Below the pieces are notes generated by a model. The model was not told the DNA's origin. It did not search any database and saw only the letters and a program-made list of their open reading frames with translations. From Bugula neritina (lineage: Eukaryota > Animalia > Bryozoa), in the NCBI GenBank assembly GCA_964035545.1, contig OZ037766.1:6810722-6874721 (forward strand): DNA of 64,000 bases. The letters run 5' to 3'. Numbering within the stretch: position 1 is the first letter of the stretch; the number at the start of each line of letters is the position of its first letter. Of this stretch, positions 24,400 to 38,750 are shown one piece after another. A program made the translations under genes and the position numbers.

Positions 24400-27300
24400 T
24401 CATTTCAACTTTTGTACTCTTCTCAGCTGAATGTAGGCAATAACCATAAACACTAATGCAAACCCAGCTAATGCCATAATGTTCACCCACATGTTAATGG
24501 GTTCCTTGTAATACAATCCCTGTGACTCCAAATAAGCTTCGCTGTTACCACGAATACTGCAATGGAAAAGAGCATGAGCATCAGAGTACCGGGTAACATA
24601 ATTTTAGGCACTACTAAGCTACTAATACTAAGTATTACCAAGCAAGTTCTCAATAGTAAAAGTAATTGATACCAAATTCCGTAATTGGTGCTACTGTAAA
24701 TCTTGAACATTCAACAACACAACAAAACTGCAGCAGTGTCCTGGTTAAAAGTGAGTCAGGCAGCTTAAACTTGAATTCCACCACATTAGGATTAATACCA
24801 AATCTAAGTAAGATGCTGGCAAATCTGATGAACTTCAACATTATATCAGAATCTGTTTATACTTATGAGTGGTACGGTCACAGCGATGACAGCTTGTCAC
24901 GAGAGTAGACAAAAGAAATACTGGCATATCCTGGCTAAAGTCCGAAATATAACTGCCATCTTAACATCAGAAGTTCCAAATTTACTTGGCATATTTATGC
25001 TGGTAGAGACAGCCGTACAGATGAGAAACTCACCAGTTGTATGTCTCATTGGTATGCGGGTCGGTGCGATTAACTTGGAACTTTGTCACGTCAAGATGAG
25101 TAAACTCGTTTATCTCCAGTGCCTAGAAATCAAAAGTAAACCAGTGAGCATTAGAGATTATTGAAGCCTGGATTCTTGAAGATCAAAGGCAATCACAAAC
25201 ATTCTTACAGTCATAACCAGTGGATTTCTCAGCAATCCTGTTGCACATAGACCAGTGCTGGTGATACTGATCATATGAGCCGAATTAGATAGCAATATAT
25301 TATTATTTACTCAATTTCTATTTGTGCTCGATTAAAATACTCTTAAAAACAGAAATTCAGATCTTAAACTGCTGTTCACTCACCAATAACAAAATATAAA
25401 TCGGTATGCGCTTATTCAACACAAACTCAGTAAAACAGCACAACAATATGCGAGATGAATAAAAAAGCAAGATACGAGTTTTAATATTCTGTACAATGTG
25501 CAGTATACATGTCAAACATTTCGTTCGATCATTAATTACAGAAAACGTTGAAAAAAAATACTTACTGCAATGCTGTAGTAGAAGAGACTAAAATACTTCA
25601 TCTGGCTGAACCAAGCTGACTTCAGGTTCACTAACAGACCACTAAACACCTGAGTAAAATCTCATGTCTATGTAAGACACATAACATAAAATATATTGAA
25701 CTTTCTCAATAAATTCAGCACAACAAAAGAGTGTTAAAGTAAAAGAATGAATCAAATGTTTTCTTGTAGAGCTCTGACATACCATCTGGAAAACATACAG
25801 GAGAGCTACAGCTAGACTGGCCATAGCCTGCTGTTTGGTAGAAGCGCTGGCAGCGAAAGCAATGAAAGTGGCAGCCCAAGCAGTCATCACTATGGTCAGA
25901 AGAAAGACTAGGAACGGCTTCCATTCAGGCACTAACCCTAAACATGACATTATAACAGTTAGATACTGGAGTTTGTCATACTTACTCATTTGTATTTACT
26001 TTACAGTTCTAAAATAATAACTTTATATGTATGTTACCAAGAAATTGCATTTCAGAGGAGATAGGTTGCACATTGCGTCGGCACATTTAGAATTTCAGAA
26101 AAACTTACCCATCATCCAGTAAACAATAGTCCCGTAGATTATAACTGGAAAAGTCCGGTAGGGTAGGAGATCACAGAACAGTTTAGAAAAGAAATAAGCG
26201 GATGTCCTGTAATAGCCGCTGATATTCTCATGCCTGTAAAATCAGAACATGCAATAAAATATCCAGCTAATTTAGCCAGCACTTCAAAGATAAAAAGTAG
26301 AGAAGTTACTGGAACAACATGCCAAGTGGTCATGTAGGGCACATGTTTACACATGTCAGCAGAACAGCATGTCTTGCCTGTAGGCATCTTGTACATTGTC
26401 AACTTATATTTTTATGCATAGTAACAATCTTAGAAAAAAAGTCATATATATTATAAAATAACGCTAATTTGTGTACATGTATGTTTATTACCATATCTTC
26501 ATATTTTATGCACGCAAAATCAATTGGTACTGCATTTAAAAAGTTAACTGAAAGAATAAATATATTTTCATATTAGTGCTGCAGAATCTATTTAAGAATT
26601 GTTTTGCATACATTTCAATATCACAAATGTACACAGTTGGGAAAAATATAGTGTGGCAAAACATTATACACCTTCCATTGCTTTTGCTATTAGCAAATGG
26701 TAAAAAGTGCAAGCATAAAGCTGGATTAACAAAGATAACATTATCTGAGGTCACACACTCTCAAGGTGAGGCAACATATTATGATAAGACAAGAATATAC
26801 AAGATTGCCAAACTTGCATGTTTTGGTCAGAGTTCAATTGAGTTGCGCGACACATTCGCACGTCCTGTTCAAAGTTTGAATGAATGGCATGCAGTATACA
26901 AATATTATTTATCAGTAACAGTTTTAAAAGCTGCAGGAGTTACACACAAGTTCTATTCTAAAGTATGGTTTTTCTTATCTCAAAATAAACAGATCATTTC
27001 TACTTGTGTCAATATTTTGTTAAAAAAATATTGTTTTAAGCTTTTTTGAATAGATAAAGTAGATAAATAAATGAATACAATTAAAATTTAAACAGTTGAT
27101 GAAACTGGTCAATAGAAAGTGCTAAAAATGAACACTACAAGATATTTGGCAAAATCTCAATGACTATTGGACAAAATCACCTACAAAATTGTTTCTTAGC
27201 CTCAAGATAATACACATCAAGGTAATATCAACTGACCAATATTCATATATATATTACATTATATATTATGTACATATTCCATTATAGTATGCAAACTTAC

Positions 27301-30300
27301 ATGAAGATTCCTCTCTCCAGAATGAAAAGGTCAATTGCAGATAAATTGGCAAATATTTGATTCATAACAACAAAGAAGAAAGCCCCAACTCTACAAGGTA
27401 AGGAGATTATACTGTGACACCATGAAATACTCTACGCATACATGGCAGCAAAATAATACACAAAACTAGAAATTAATCTTAGTTCATATGAACTAGATGT
27501 TGGATAACATTTTATAAACAAGAATTTAAAAAATTAAATAAACTTTTTAATTTGAAAAGCAAAATTACTTTATTTCTGTACACTTCTGTTACATTTTGGG
27601 CAAGCAAATTAAATTATTTTTTATATTAGTTTTAGCACTACTTTGTGATTTCAAGCTGCCAAAATATTTCATTAATAAACTAATAGTTTGAATCCCCTAT
27701 CTAGTATAAAAAGAATGTTGCCACTGGAATAATAAAATGCTGATAAGGAACTGACCAGCAAGCAACCTTGACCCCATCACCTGATAAGAAACTAGCCACA
27801 AGTCACACTTACTGACAGTGTGCACATTTACCCACCTATCTTGGATACCGGCCTGACAGTTATCTTTTACTTGAAAATAGAATGCTCCAGTAATTGTACC
27901 AAATATAACTGTGATGAACCACTACAATACACAGTAAAGGATATGAATATTATGTACACTGTCAACAAAAAGAAAGAGAGAAGCGTGTAAAAATGCAAAC
28001 TGTAACACGTACACACCTATACCATAATGAGCATATACTGTAATACAAGCATACACTGTAATACAAGTCTACACTGTAATACAAACACATACTGTAATAC
28101 AAGCATACCCTGTAATACACACATATGCTATCAACTACTCATAATAATTATAGAACCTACACCGACATCATGTCTTAATAAATGATAGGAAACAGTTCAA
28201 CTGGAGTAGTGAATGTGACAGAGCATTAAATAAGTTAATAGCCTGAAATCTACACCCATATTCACAAAGTGGAGATATCACCCTAGAATGTTCCGCAAGT
28301 AGACACACAAGTTGCCACAGTATATAAGCAAAGTCTTGTATTTCTACATCCATATTATTGAACTCTTATTACTTAATTGAATGCCCAACATTGATTATAA
28401 AAGTGGAGTTTGTTTTATTTTTAAATGTGTTTAGAACAAAATGCACTTCCTAACATGCAAAAGTCATGTTTTAAATAAGATTTATCTCTTTACCTGCATG
28501 ATTCCAGTTCTTGGGTTTCTCATCAAATTGAGGAAGGTTCTCTTACTCAGCACCCCAAACTGTAGAACAGAGCAACCATTGAAACACTGGCATGTCATGA
28601 GTCACACAAGAGTGATAATACTTATTTCATGATGAAATTTGATAGAAATTGTTGAATAAAAGTAAAGATTTTAATAACATAAGCTAGGTTTCCTAAATCA
28701 TAGTCATACCTTTGGTATGCAACTAAACTGTACAGTACAGTTAATCATAACTTTAAGCAGGTTAAAAGTCGGAACTTAAAACACGCGCAGTAGAAATAAC
28801 AAACAGCAATAATACCATTTAGCTACGCAAACTAATGTATACTTGGTATAATAATTTCTGCAAAGTTTTGTTATGAAGTATAAGCAATGTCATTGCCTAA
28901 AGAACATGTGTGCTTACCAGTAACCTACCTGTCTGCTGATGGTCAATTTAGTATTATGTGGTCACACAAATTTGTAAAATACAAATCTTCAATTTCTTTA
29001 GTATATATTACAAATTTTTACTATCATTATACACAAGCACACGCACACTCACATTCAACATATACACGTTAAGCAACACTAGTTCATATCAATTAACTAC
29101 GATACATACAGTGTTACCAGGTCACACGTTACTGACAACACAAAGTGTTACCTGAGTGCAAGGACTGCTGTGATACGTCTGCAAGGTCATATCTGACAGC
29201 GTGACTACGGCAGCTGTCTCAACCACTCCACTGTACGGCAGAAGTTCCTCCTTTATTCTAAATTTATCAAACAATAACAAATATACATTTCTCAAGCCAC
29301 AACTAATTAAGTTGGCTGCCAAGACTTCGAGAGAAAAAGTTTTTCTACCTTTTGTTCCATTCCGATTGGTTGAAAGCCTCAGACAGCTCCTCACACTTTC
29401 GGTTCATTCGTTCAACTGGATCTCCTTCCTCTATGCAGAGGGCCACTGAGTTCACTACAACAATTAGCAGACGTACAACAGATAGGAAATACACAAGAGT
29501 TGAAGCAGACAAAAGTGGAAATGTTGTCAGCCTAGCCCTTACTATAATGTATTCTATTCATATATGGAATGCAAAAATATATTCAACATATCAAGTTACA
29601 TAAAAGTATCTAATTCTGAATGAGACAAACTTTTTATTCTCTACAAAATTCACCACTACCACAAAAGATAATTTTTTTATTTCAAAAACTGAAGTTTGAT
29701 TAGAGCATTTTACTAACAGAATCTGGTCTGCATCTAAGTTTGATTTGCTTTTCTCAACTCCATGACAATTCCAACATTCTCAACCTTAACTGACAGACTC
29801 ACTTACGATCAACATCTTTTCCTGAATTAGCTGCCCCATTTTCTTTCTGCGTAATGGTTCTACCATCTATTATAACGTCAAGGAAGAAATCAGCAGGATT
29901 GTCGTGCTCTTCTATTTCGTAGCCTACAAGAACAATTGACTATAGTTAAAAAGAAATTTGCTCTTTAAAAAAAATTGTTTTGTTGCGCATGTGTAAAGTA
30001 GGTGACAAAATTGCACCAAAACAAGCTATCTTTAAATGCTCTTTTCTTTGAAACCATATGAAGCCATTATACATAAATATAGCAGCCTAGAGATTAGAAC
30101 ATAATATAATATTTAAAAGAGAGTTGATTAAACCAACTACCAGTTGATTTCACCGATATAAACTCTGTACCTATAGTTCTGAAGAAATGTATGCCTTCGT
30201 GGGCTGGTCCATGGTACACAGTTCTACCATTACCTAGTAACATTATCGTGTCACACAACTTGAATATCGAGTACCTCGGCTGATGTATGGAAAAGATAAT

Positions 30301-33300
30301 AGTACTGCCAGATGCTGCCAACCTGTCAATAAGACACAACCACATGTTAAAGCAAGGCACTTCGTCTGTACTTCAGTTTGAGCCTAGACAGCATGGCCAC
30401 ATATGTAATATATATAAAAGTATTTAGTGTTGAAAATCCAGTTTCTCACATGATAATAGTATAATTCAGTGATATATCTAATCACTAATCAGTCTTGCAG
30501 AGTCAGTCTAAAGCAGTTCAGTACAACATATACAAGTTATCTAGGGCTGCCAATTGTTTGCTGTCTCATAATGCGGTGAAAAATGTAGACAAAATGGCCG
30601 CTTCGCTTACACAAATAACTTTATAATTCTGAACTATATTCATTGGTCTTACAACAGTGAACTATTAATATACATATATTACAGATCATTTCAATAAACT
30701 TCTACCTTTTGAGTAGCATCATAACGGAGTGAGCCGTGCTCGCATCTAAACCAGTGGTAGGTTCATCTAGGAAGAGTATTCCAGGGGATGGAATCAACTC
30801 CATGCCAATGTTACACCTTTTCCTCTCACCTCCAGATACACCTCGAATAAACTCATTGCCTATCCTGGTGTCTGCACAATTACCTATAACCACACTGTAA
30901 ATATTTATCTTATGACCACAGCTACCAACTATACACTGTGTAAACATTCAGATATTATATCAACTTTTGAAGCAATACAAATCATTATTAAACCATGTAA
31001 CTGGCCTAGATATCTTTGGTGTCTGAAAATAGTAAAAATATTTCAAAACAGTCAACTGGTAACTTTAATAAGACATTTTATGAAACAAATCATTTTCAAC
31101 AGTTTTATGGTTTATTGCCAAATTTAGCAGGAAGTTATATGCCATATTTTTATCAAAGCAAGTGTTGCATGTTGTGGAATATAAACTGTGACCTAAAATA
31201 TAAATATCAGTGAAGTTGAAACAGATATAATACAGTATCACCCAACCAACCTTGAGCTTCGGTAGTGTTGTAATAAGTGTTCATTGCAAATGGCAGCTCT
31301 ATTAAGGGTGGTAGAGGATTTTTAAAGCAAATAAACAAATTTTTTTTCAAACTTGAATACAATTATTGCAACTTCAAAAAATGCTCTTTTCCCCACACTT
31401 AAATCTGTTGCTTTCTAAATCCACAAACAGAAGAGGGTTACACATTTAAAACTGCACATATTAGAGCAACTTTCTGCTAATTTTCTCTAAAAGAATGTGC
31501 AACAAGAGTTACTGATTCACATGGCTGATAAATGATGTTCAATAGCAATCCACCATTGCTCTATCTTTAAACTCCACACACAGCCCTTCAGTTTGCCAAC
31601 ATACACACCACACTATTACCTAGAGGGTTCCTATTCACTGAACTGGTGTCCAGCCATTGATAACAGCTTTTTAATACCCAACAGCCTGATTAGCATGTTC
31701 AAGGAAGAGGAAGAGCAAAACATAATTCTATTATGAAGTCTCCAGCTCAGTCTTTGCTATAATTACTTTACCATCAGTTTCTATCACAGTTTGTTTTAAA
31801 ACTTGTGCTTAGAATATTCCAATATATGAGTGAACAACTCTAGATCTGATGGATTTTCTGCTGTAGTTTGTTAGCTGGAACTACGTACCAAGACTAAGCT
31901 GATTTATCACAGCCTGTACTCTGTCTACCCTCTCCTTGTGAGAGACTTCCTTACTCAGCCTCAAGTCAGCGGAAAATTGCAAATTTTCTCGAACTGTTAG
32001 GGTGGTCATTACGACGTCATCCTAAAACCAAAAGATGAAAAATGTCTCAAACTTTCGCTTGGCCTCTATTGACCCCCCTTGATGGTAGCAAAAATATTCT
32101 TACAAAACCAGCAAATAAAACAACGAAATACTGAAAGAAATGCCATATATTCATGTAAATAATATTTAAGCAACTTTTTAAACAAGCAAAGTACTAGCCA
32201 AACTAGCAACCTTGTTCAAATTTTATTTGAGTTACCAATTACCTGCACAACATATCCAGATCTAAGTCTAAAGTCGGGAGGCTGTGGCTGACCATCGATA
32301 AGCACTGTACCAGTGAGCCCTGAGGGATGCTTCCTTTCAGCAAGTATATCTAACAACCTGGAGAAAATGTCTTCACATTGCATTTCGTTATATACATGAT
32401 GGTGATGGCATATCTTGCATTACATGACTGAACTGGGTATATTATTTATGTTTATGTTATGCCTATTGCTAAAAGCTGCTACAATAATGACAAGGGAAAT
32501 CTGCAAGTCTCAAAAAAGATCACTTGTGTATTACATAGGAATGACTTGGCAAATAAAACAAAAAATTTGGCTGCACTAGTGTTATCAGTGCCAGATAACA
32601 TCAGTAATAGTATTTGCTAACCAGTGTTATTAGCAATGCAAAACTGGGCAAGAGCCCAACTGAACTATTGGATTCACGTATGTCACAACAAAACAGAGTC
32701 ATAATTTATAACCTGACTCTAAATAATGACAGCCAACTTGATATGGCAAACATGACAGAGAGGAACAATGAAATAGAATGCATTAATTCAGTAGCTCCTT
32801 GGAGCCTTTTGATCAATTTTGGAGGCATTGTTTAGCCATAGATTTCCCTTTATCAATAAACCGTAGAGTTTATTAGTAGACAGCTAGGGTATTGCATAGT
32901 ATAATGAACTAAATGTAGAAGGTGTACTAATGTATAGTCATAATTATTACCTACCCATTCATTGCCATTTTTCGAGCAAAAATTAATCTAATGACTCATT
33001 TTAATTTATAGGATCTCAGCAGCAGCAAAAAACTAAATGTTAATTTTGTCTTAGATAATGTTTATGATGTTCTGTTATGACAAGTTACTGCCTTCTTCGT
33101 GTAGATTCATTAGAGAATTAATATTTTTCAATAGATTTTGATAGTGTCTAGAAATTCAAATTACTTTACAAGAAAACACCAGTTTTGCTGCTAGCAAAGG
33201 CATTAAACAACTGTAATTAGTATTAAGAACATATCAGTAAAACTTTTAAAGTCAACTTTTTGTTGGGGTGTCAGATTAAAGTTCATTATTGCTAAATGGC

Positions 33301-34159
33301 TAGTTCAACTTAACCTTCGAAAGTACAACCTTAATACAAGGATAGCAGCCTTGCAAAGTAACAGCTGCTTCTCCCACTGTTATTTGTTTTAGTTTCTTAT
33401 ACAACAGATTAGTATACTTGCATGGTGATTATCTTGCAACTGTTGCTAGTATAATGTACATTAAGATGGCGATACGTATTTGTATAAACATATGGCTTGT
33501 GTTGCTAGCAAAATTACTCATCATAAAATCTAAAATGAAATGCCAGCTTATCTAGTTGAAGAGGTTCCAAGCATGTTTAATGGTAAAATACCGCTAGATA
33601 AAAGGTTGGGAACTGTGGCATTAGCGGCTAGTAGGGCCACAGCTATTGCCTGCTACCTCTCCCAATGTTACTACGAACTACCTCAATGGCCCTACCACCA
33701 TAACTTGAGGTACAGGCAAACGCTTTTTTCAAATTGCAACAAATATAAGAGATTGCATATTTAGATTAGAAGCACCCTTACGTTGATTTGCCACTCCCAG
33801 TTGGACCCATTATAGCGTTCATCGTGCCAGGCTTGAATACACCACTACAAAACACATCACGTAACATATTGAAATGCTGAAGGACAAATCATATGACAAT
33901 ATAAGTACGTTTCCAGTTGCTCAAAAAGAGAGAGACAAGGCGGTTTGTTTGCTAGAGGTGACTTCTTGTACAAACATCTCTAGTTGCAGCTACAGTAATC
34001 CTGTGAATAAGTAGAAACTTGCCTTACATTCTGCAGAATAACTTTTGGCTGAGATTTGCAGCAGCCTGTTGAGACATTAATTTGGTAGCAGAGATCATTG
34101 AAAGCAACAATTGATCCTTTGTATAGGCCTGCCGTAGATGTCATAGGGGAGCTAGCCAT
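24400..34159 (-). CDS. ABCG2: ABCG2-like (BCRP/White family) ABC half transporter
   Basis: Approximate minus-strand exons: 34023-34159, 33781-33844 ([13 protein letters not shown], Walker A), 32262-32357 (SGYVVQ), 31888-32021 ([13 protein letters not shown]), 30705-30883 ([17 protein letters not shown]...[15 protein letters not shown]), 30170-30322 ([14 protein letters not shown]), 29806-29923 (NPADFFLD), 29349-29447, 29152-29250, 28493-28560, 27836-27921, 27301-27390, 26108-26249 (HENISGYY), 25783-25937, 25566-25649 (FSGLLVNL), 25034-25122, 24400-24556. An upstream in-frame coding exon is possible. Confidence 0.94.
28030..28125. repeat. 18-bp tandem repeat (CATAYACTGTAATACAAG), about 5 copies, in an ABCG2 intron
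   Basis: Directly visible repeated ACTGTAATACAA core. Confidence 0.75.
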
Positions 34160-35869
34160 GTGCTCAGTGTGCTCAGATCCTACTAGCTGTTAGATATACA
34201 AGAAGTTGGCTGTTATGATATACAATAAACTGTACTAGTAGTTGTGAGCCATAGCAATGCTTTCAGAGTAAGGTGCAACAATGGGCACAATTTTATAGCA
34301 AATTTCAAGGTCAAAGCATTCTATGACCTTTAAAAAAATTTAATAAACTATCTTACAAATATAACAAGCTGCAATTCTAAGTGTTAAAACAAGTATAGCA
34401 ACTATAAATTCTTCTTTTAGTAGCATCAGTTCTTACTAACTTTTCTGGCATTCTTAACTTTTCAATAATAATGTCTCATTCACACATGCCACAAATAAAT
34501 AGCATAGCTGTTAGATTCAGAAGGTAATCATGAAACTGTTAGCAAACAGGAATACTACGGCTACAATAGTTTAGGTAGTTGAAAGCGTTAGTAGAATAAT
34601 TGAAACCAGTAATCTAACCTGAGTCCTGTCAGATGATGAACTATACATGCTCATTGTAAAGTCTAAAATATCCAAACCAAACAAAGTTTTTCAGAAAGTC
34701 CAGTCTAAAGACTACAATTAGGACAAAAAATGAAGGATATACATGCAGTTATATGAATAAAACTGGGCAGGGCATGATGCAAATGTATTATATAGATGTA
34801 TTTACAAAATATATAGTCAACCAAAAAAGTGCATTTGAACACACATAAGGCAGGTCCAACACTAGCAGAAAATTTCCATATTAATGACTTGAATGCTTTT
34901 AAAGTTATGAGCATGTTATACATGTAGCGTAACTCATCAGGACTAGCATTCACTCAGTTTTTGTGCCCGGATAAGAGTAAAACATTTTAAAGCTAACTTT
35001 ATGACTTTTTCAGACAAAAAGGCATCATGATCACCATCATTAATTATTACAATTATCATAATACAGAACATAGCTACATCAATAAAGTAAAGTTATGTAA
35101 GATGATGGTTAATAGAACATTAACTTAGACTCAAGCTCATGTCATGTTCTATGGACTGCAGGCCCATGTCAATGTGTAACCATAATCATAATGTAAATTG
35201 TAATGGGTAATAGGATGGCAATAGCAATGTCATTAATCAAAGTGATTGCTAATAATAATATCAACAAATTAATCCATAATGATTCAATACAGTCAATTTA
35301 ATTATTATTCATCATAATTATAAAGATAATAATACTCACAGTGATATTATTAATAGTAATAGTAATACTAGTTATATAAGAGTCACACTTAGTCTTACAC
35401 GGTCACAGACTGACAGAGTAACATTGTCAATGCAACTTTAAAATAACGGTTAATAATAATATTGATATCTCGTAGCAACCCCTTTGACAATATAAGCACT
35501 TTTCCAGTAATAGTAATACTAATAGTACAATATTATAGCAACTTTAACGGTCGTCGTAGTTTTAGTTCAACTTTAACTAAGTCCATATTTTGTTTACTTC
35601 AACTTCCAGTTAAAGTTTTACTTCTACTTTAACTTTGAAGTTTAAGGATTGGAAGTGAAAGTAGCAGCTCTAATAGTAATTAAATCAACGATTGGACTTG
35701 GCAACGCTGACGATTATGTCTGCCCAAATAAAATCGAAACAACACATTTCATTATACATACTTTAACTGCAGTCTGGTTAAAGAAATTTCACAGCTTCTC
35801 TCTAGCAATGCCACAGTCCACTTGCAGAATGCGGGCCTTCGCGTAACGGTTTCAACTTTCAATGTAATC

Positions 35870-35975
35870 ATTATTTATATAATCTTTGAAGTCTCCGCAC
35901 CGCGTAACCAATGCGTGAGTGCGATAAAAGGTAAAGCATCTGAATGGGCGGAGATTCATACTCGTGCTGCGTTAT
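35870..35975. promoter_or_regulatory. Putative promoter region upstream of ABCG2 (CpG-enriched patch with CCAAT and GGGCGG boxes)
   Basis: Local CpG enrichment against an AT-rich background. AACCAAT near 35907 and GGGCGG near 35946 lie between the divergently oriented ABCG2 and ANAPC11 genes. Confidence 0.4.
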
Positions 35976-38007
35976 CTCTTGGTATTAGAGTTTAAGTCAA
36001 TTACCATTTATCATGGTTTTGTTTACATATAAAACAAGACAGATAAAGTTTTGAGAGCATGGCCCATTTGAGTATATTATTAATATAATATTTCTGTAAC
36101 CATCAAATGATATTATAACTCAGCGCTACCATAATACTATACCTACCCATGGCAAAGCTTATTTATATTATTAGGAATAATAGCCATTTTGGTCATGCAC
36201 CTAGAAGTTTACTGTTGTATTATAGTACTTATAGAATCACAGTGCTTCAAGCAAATAGTATTTACAGATTGTATGCACTTGCAGTAGCACACTTTCACAC
36301 TAATTTTTGAAAAGTGAACTATAATTGGTCACTTACTTGTCAGTAACTATAGCAGTAAATATGTAACACATATGATACAACTGTTTTTCTTGATAATCTA
36401 GCCGTAAAAATAAATTTAGTTGGTACTGAAAAAAAAATTTAAAAGTCAGTATTACAACACTAAAATCAATTCTTCGCTATGTATTAATTGCACCTGTCCA
36501 TTTACTTCTGTTTGAAGCAGTTCATATTTAGTGCTGTCAATGACTTCTAAAGATAGATTTCTTAATTTTAGTATCAGCTTGGTTGCTACATAAGAATTTC
36601 TCTGATTTTGAAGCCAAGGCCAACATAAAAAATAACTTGTTATTTGCAGCGTGTAAAGTTTGATATATAAAAGCTATTACAAGAAACTTGAAATAATATA
36701 TTACAACATTAGGTAATAATTTAACAATAATTTAAAGTTATAGTTGAAATAGAATGCTAAAGTTGAAGACATTGTTTAGCTTATAAGCTATATGCTAGAA
36801 TCTAGATGCTTCAATCTATTTACGGATTCATATTCATAATAATATTGCACATAGCTGTAGGGCTGGGTAAATGTAGATTTTTTCAAATTCTATGATCTAT
36901 GCCAACATCTGAATAGGCTTGTCTTCTCGAACACCAGAATGACATAGAGATCTGAGCCTGAGGGGATAACTCTATATACAATGTTCTAAGGGGGACAATT
37001 TAAAATGTTCTTTAATAGCTCACATTTATCACAATAACCAGGGTTGTTTTCCCTAAATTTAATTGTAGGTCTGACGAGTCCATGTGTTATTTCTTTTTCA
37101 TTTATAGTTAATCCATTTCATTTATGTTTATTGTTTTTACTTTTGAGCGTTGACTACTTTACTGTTTACTTTGTAAGTTTAAATCCATATTCCTATTGGT
37201 ACTGTAGTTATTAAGCGTATAGTTGTTGAAATTAACGTTACAGTGGTAATAATTGTTAGTGTTACTATATAAAATCTCACTATCAGTATCACCGACACAA
37301 TGACAACGGAAATGATCTTAAGTTTAAGGACTATCAATTTCAAATTCGATATGACTAACTCTAAGTATAACTCAATAGTCAATAGGAATATCAATATCAT
37401 TATGATTATCAATATAATTTTATTTGTAAATTGAAATTATAATACTTTTCAATAAGTCAAAGTAAACAGTGAGGATACTGATCATTAGGTATTACTATTA
37501 GTATTAATATAAGTATCAATATAATATTAGTAGTAATAATACTAATACTCAGTAATAGTGAATATTTATATAGGTATCGAATTCAATTTCAAAACGTGTA
37601 ACACTAACACAGTAACTGAGTAAGCTGTAAGTGTAACGCTAACTCTAAGTGACCAACTGTAGCTTTCACTTTATAACCCACCCTTAGTCTTGCTGTATCA
37701 TTCTGACTCTATAAACCCAAAGTGTTACAATTACTATTACTATTAGTATTACTATATTATGACAGATAAGTCTATACTCTATAGTCTATGGTGATAGTGG
37801 TCAGTTGTAGACTGGAAGAGCGCATTGTATTTCATTATTCATATGATTACAGGAACCAAAATAAGACAACATGAACATGGGTTAAGAAAGGGCATGTCTT
37901 GTGCAAAGGAATTATGTTCCACATGCGATTATTTAATGTTCGTGACTTAGTGTTAGGAAAGCTTACTAGCTAATATATAATCTATCTGTTTTGTAGGTAG
38001 TTTCAAA

Positions 38008-38262
38008 ATGAAGGTCAAAATAAAAAGTTGGACAGCAGTTGGGACATGGGAATGGGTATCAAATGATGACACTTGTGGTATATGTAGGATGTCATTTGAA
38101 GCATGTTGTCCAGACTGTAGGACACCTGGTGATGACTGTCCACTAGTGTGGGGTGAATGCACTCACTGCTTTCATATACACTGTATAGTTAAATGGCTGC
38201 AAAGTTCACAGCAGCAACAACTTTGCCCTATGTGCAGACAAGAATGGAAGTTTAAAGAATAG
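38008..38262 (+). CDS. ANAPC11: Anaphase-promoting complex subunit 11 (RING-H2), single coding exon
   Basis: 84 aa: MKVKIKSWTAVGTWEWVSNDDTCGICRMSFEACCPDCRTPGDDCPLVWGECTHCFHIHCIVKWL...CPMCRQEWKFKE, matching the APC11 sequence throughout. A splice acceptor lies 11 nt before the ATG, implying a 5' UTR intron. Confidence 0.98.
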   Translation: MKVKIKSWTAVGTWEWVSNDDTCGICRMSFEACCPDCRTPGDDCPLVWGECTHCFHIHCIVKWLQSSQQQQLCPMCRQEWKFKE

Positions 38263-38750
38263 GTGCAAGCCAAACAAATATCTCAGTTTTAGTTTAGTTT
38301 TGTTATAAAAGCAGTGATGAGTCCTACTAGTAATGATCTAGGAAGAAAAATTTTGAGAATTTTGTTACCGTTCATGTTTTTTATTATTCTTATATTTTTA
38401 AGTTATGCTCAATATATTGTTTACATATTACTAACAACCACCTTTAAAATTACTACACAATAAAATCAAGTTCCATATTAAGGCACAGTATTTAATGAAA
38501 GTAATAACTAATAAATATTAGGACAATAATATAGCTGGTTTCATCTTGTAAAAAGGTATATTAATATAATATAGTTGCGAAAGAAAACCATGATTATAAA
38601 TACAAATAATTACTAAACTCTAAAAATTCAATATTAAAATATGCACTCTGTATTAATACATATATAGATGTATAGGCTGAGAACAGAATTGACTAGCAAT
38701 AAAAGCAATTTAGTAATTGATTTACTCTGGGAAACTTCTCACCAGTAGCC

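Noticed and set aside
24666-25164. Plus-strand ORFs inside the ABCG2 3' region
   Set aside because: No recognisable motifs. They overlap an ABCG2 exon in antisense plus intron sequence.
26576-27049. 157-aa plus-strand ORF in an ABCG2 intron
   Set aside because: Non-ATG start, AT-rich intron-like composition, no recognisable domain.
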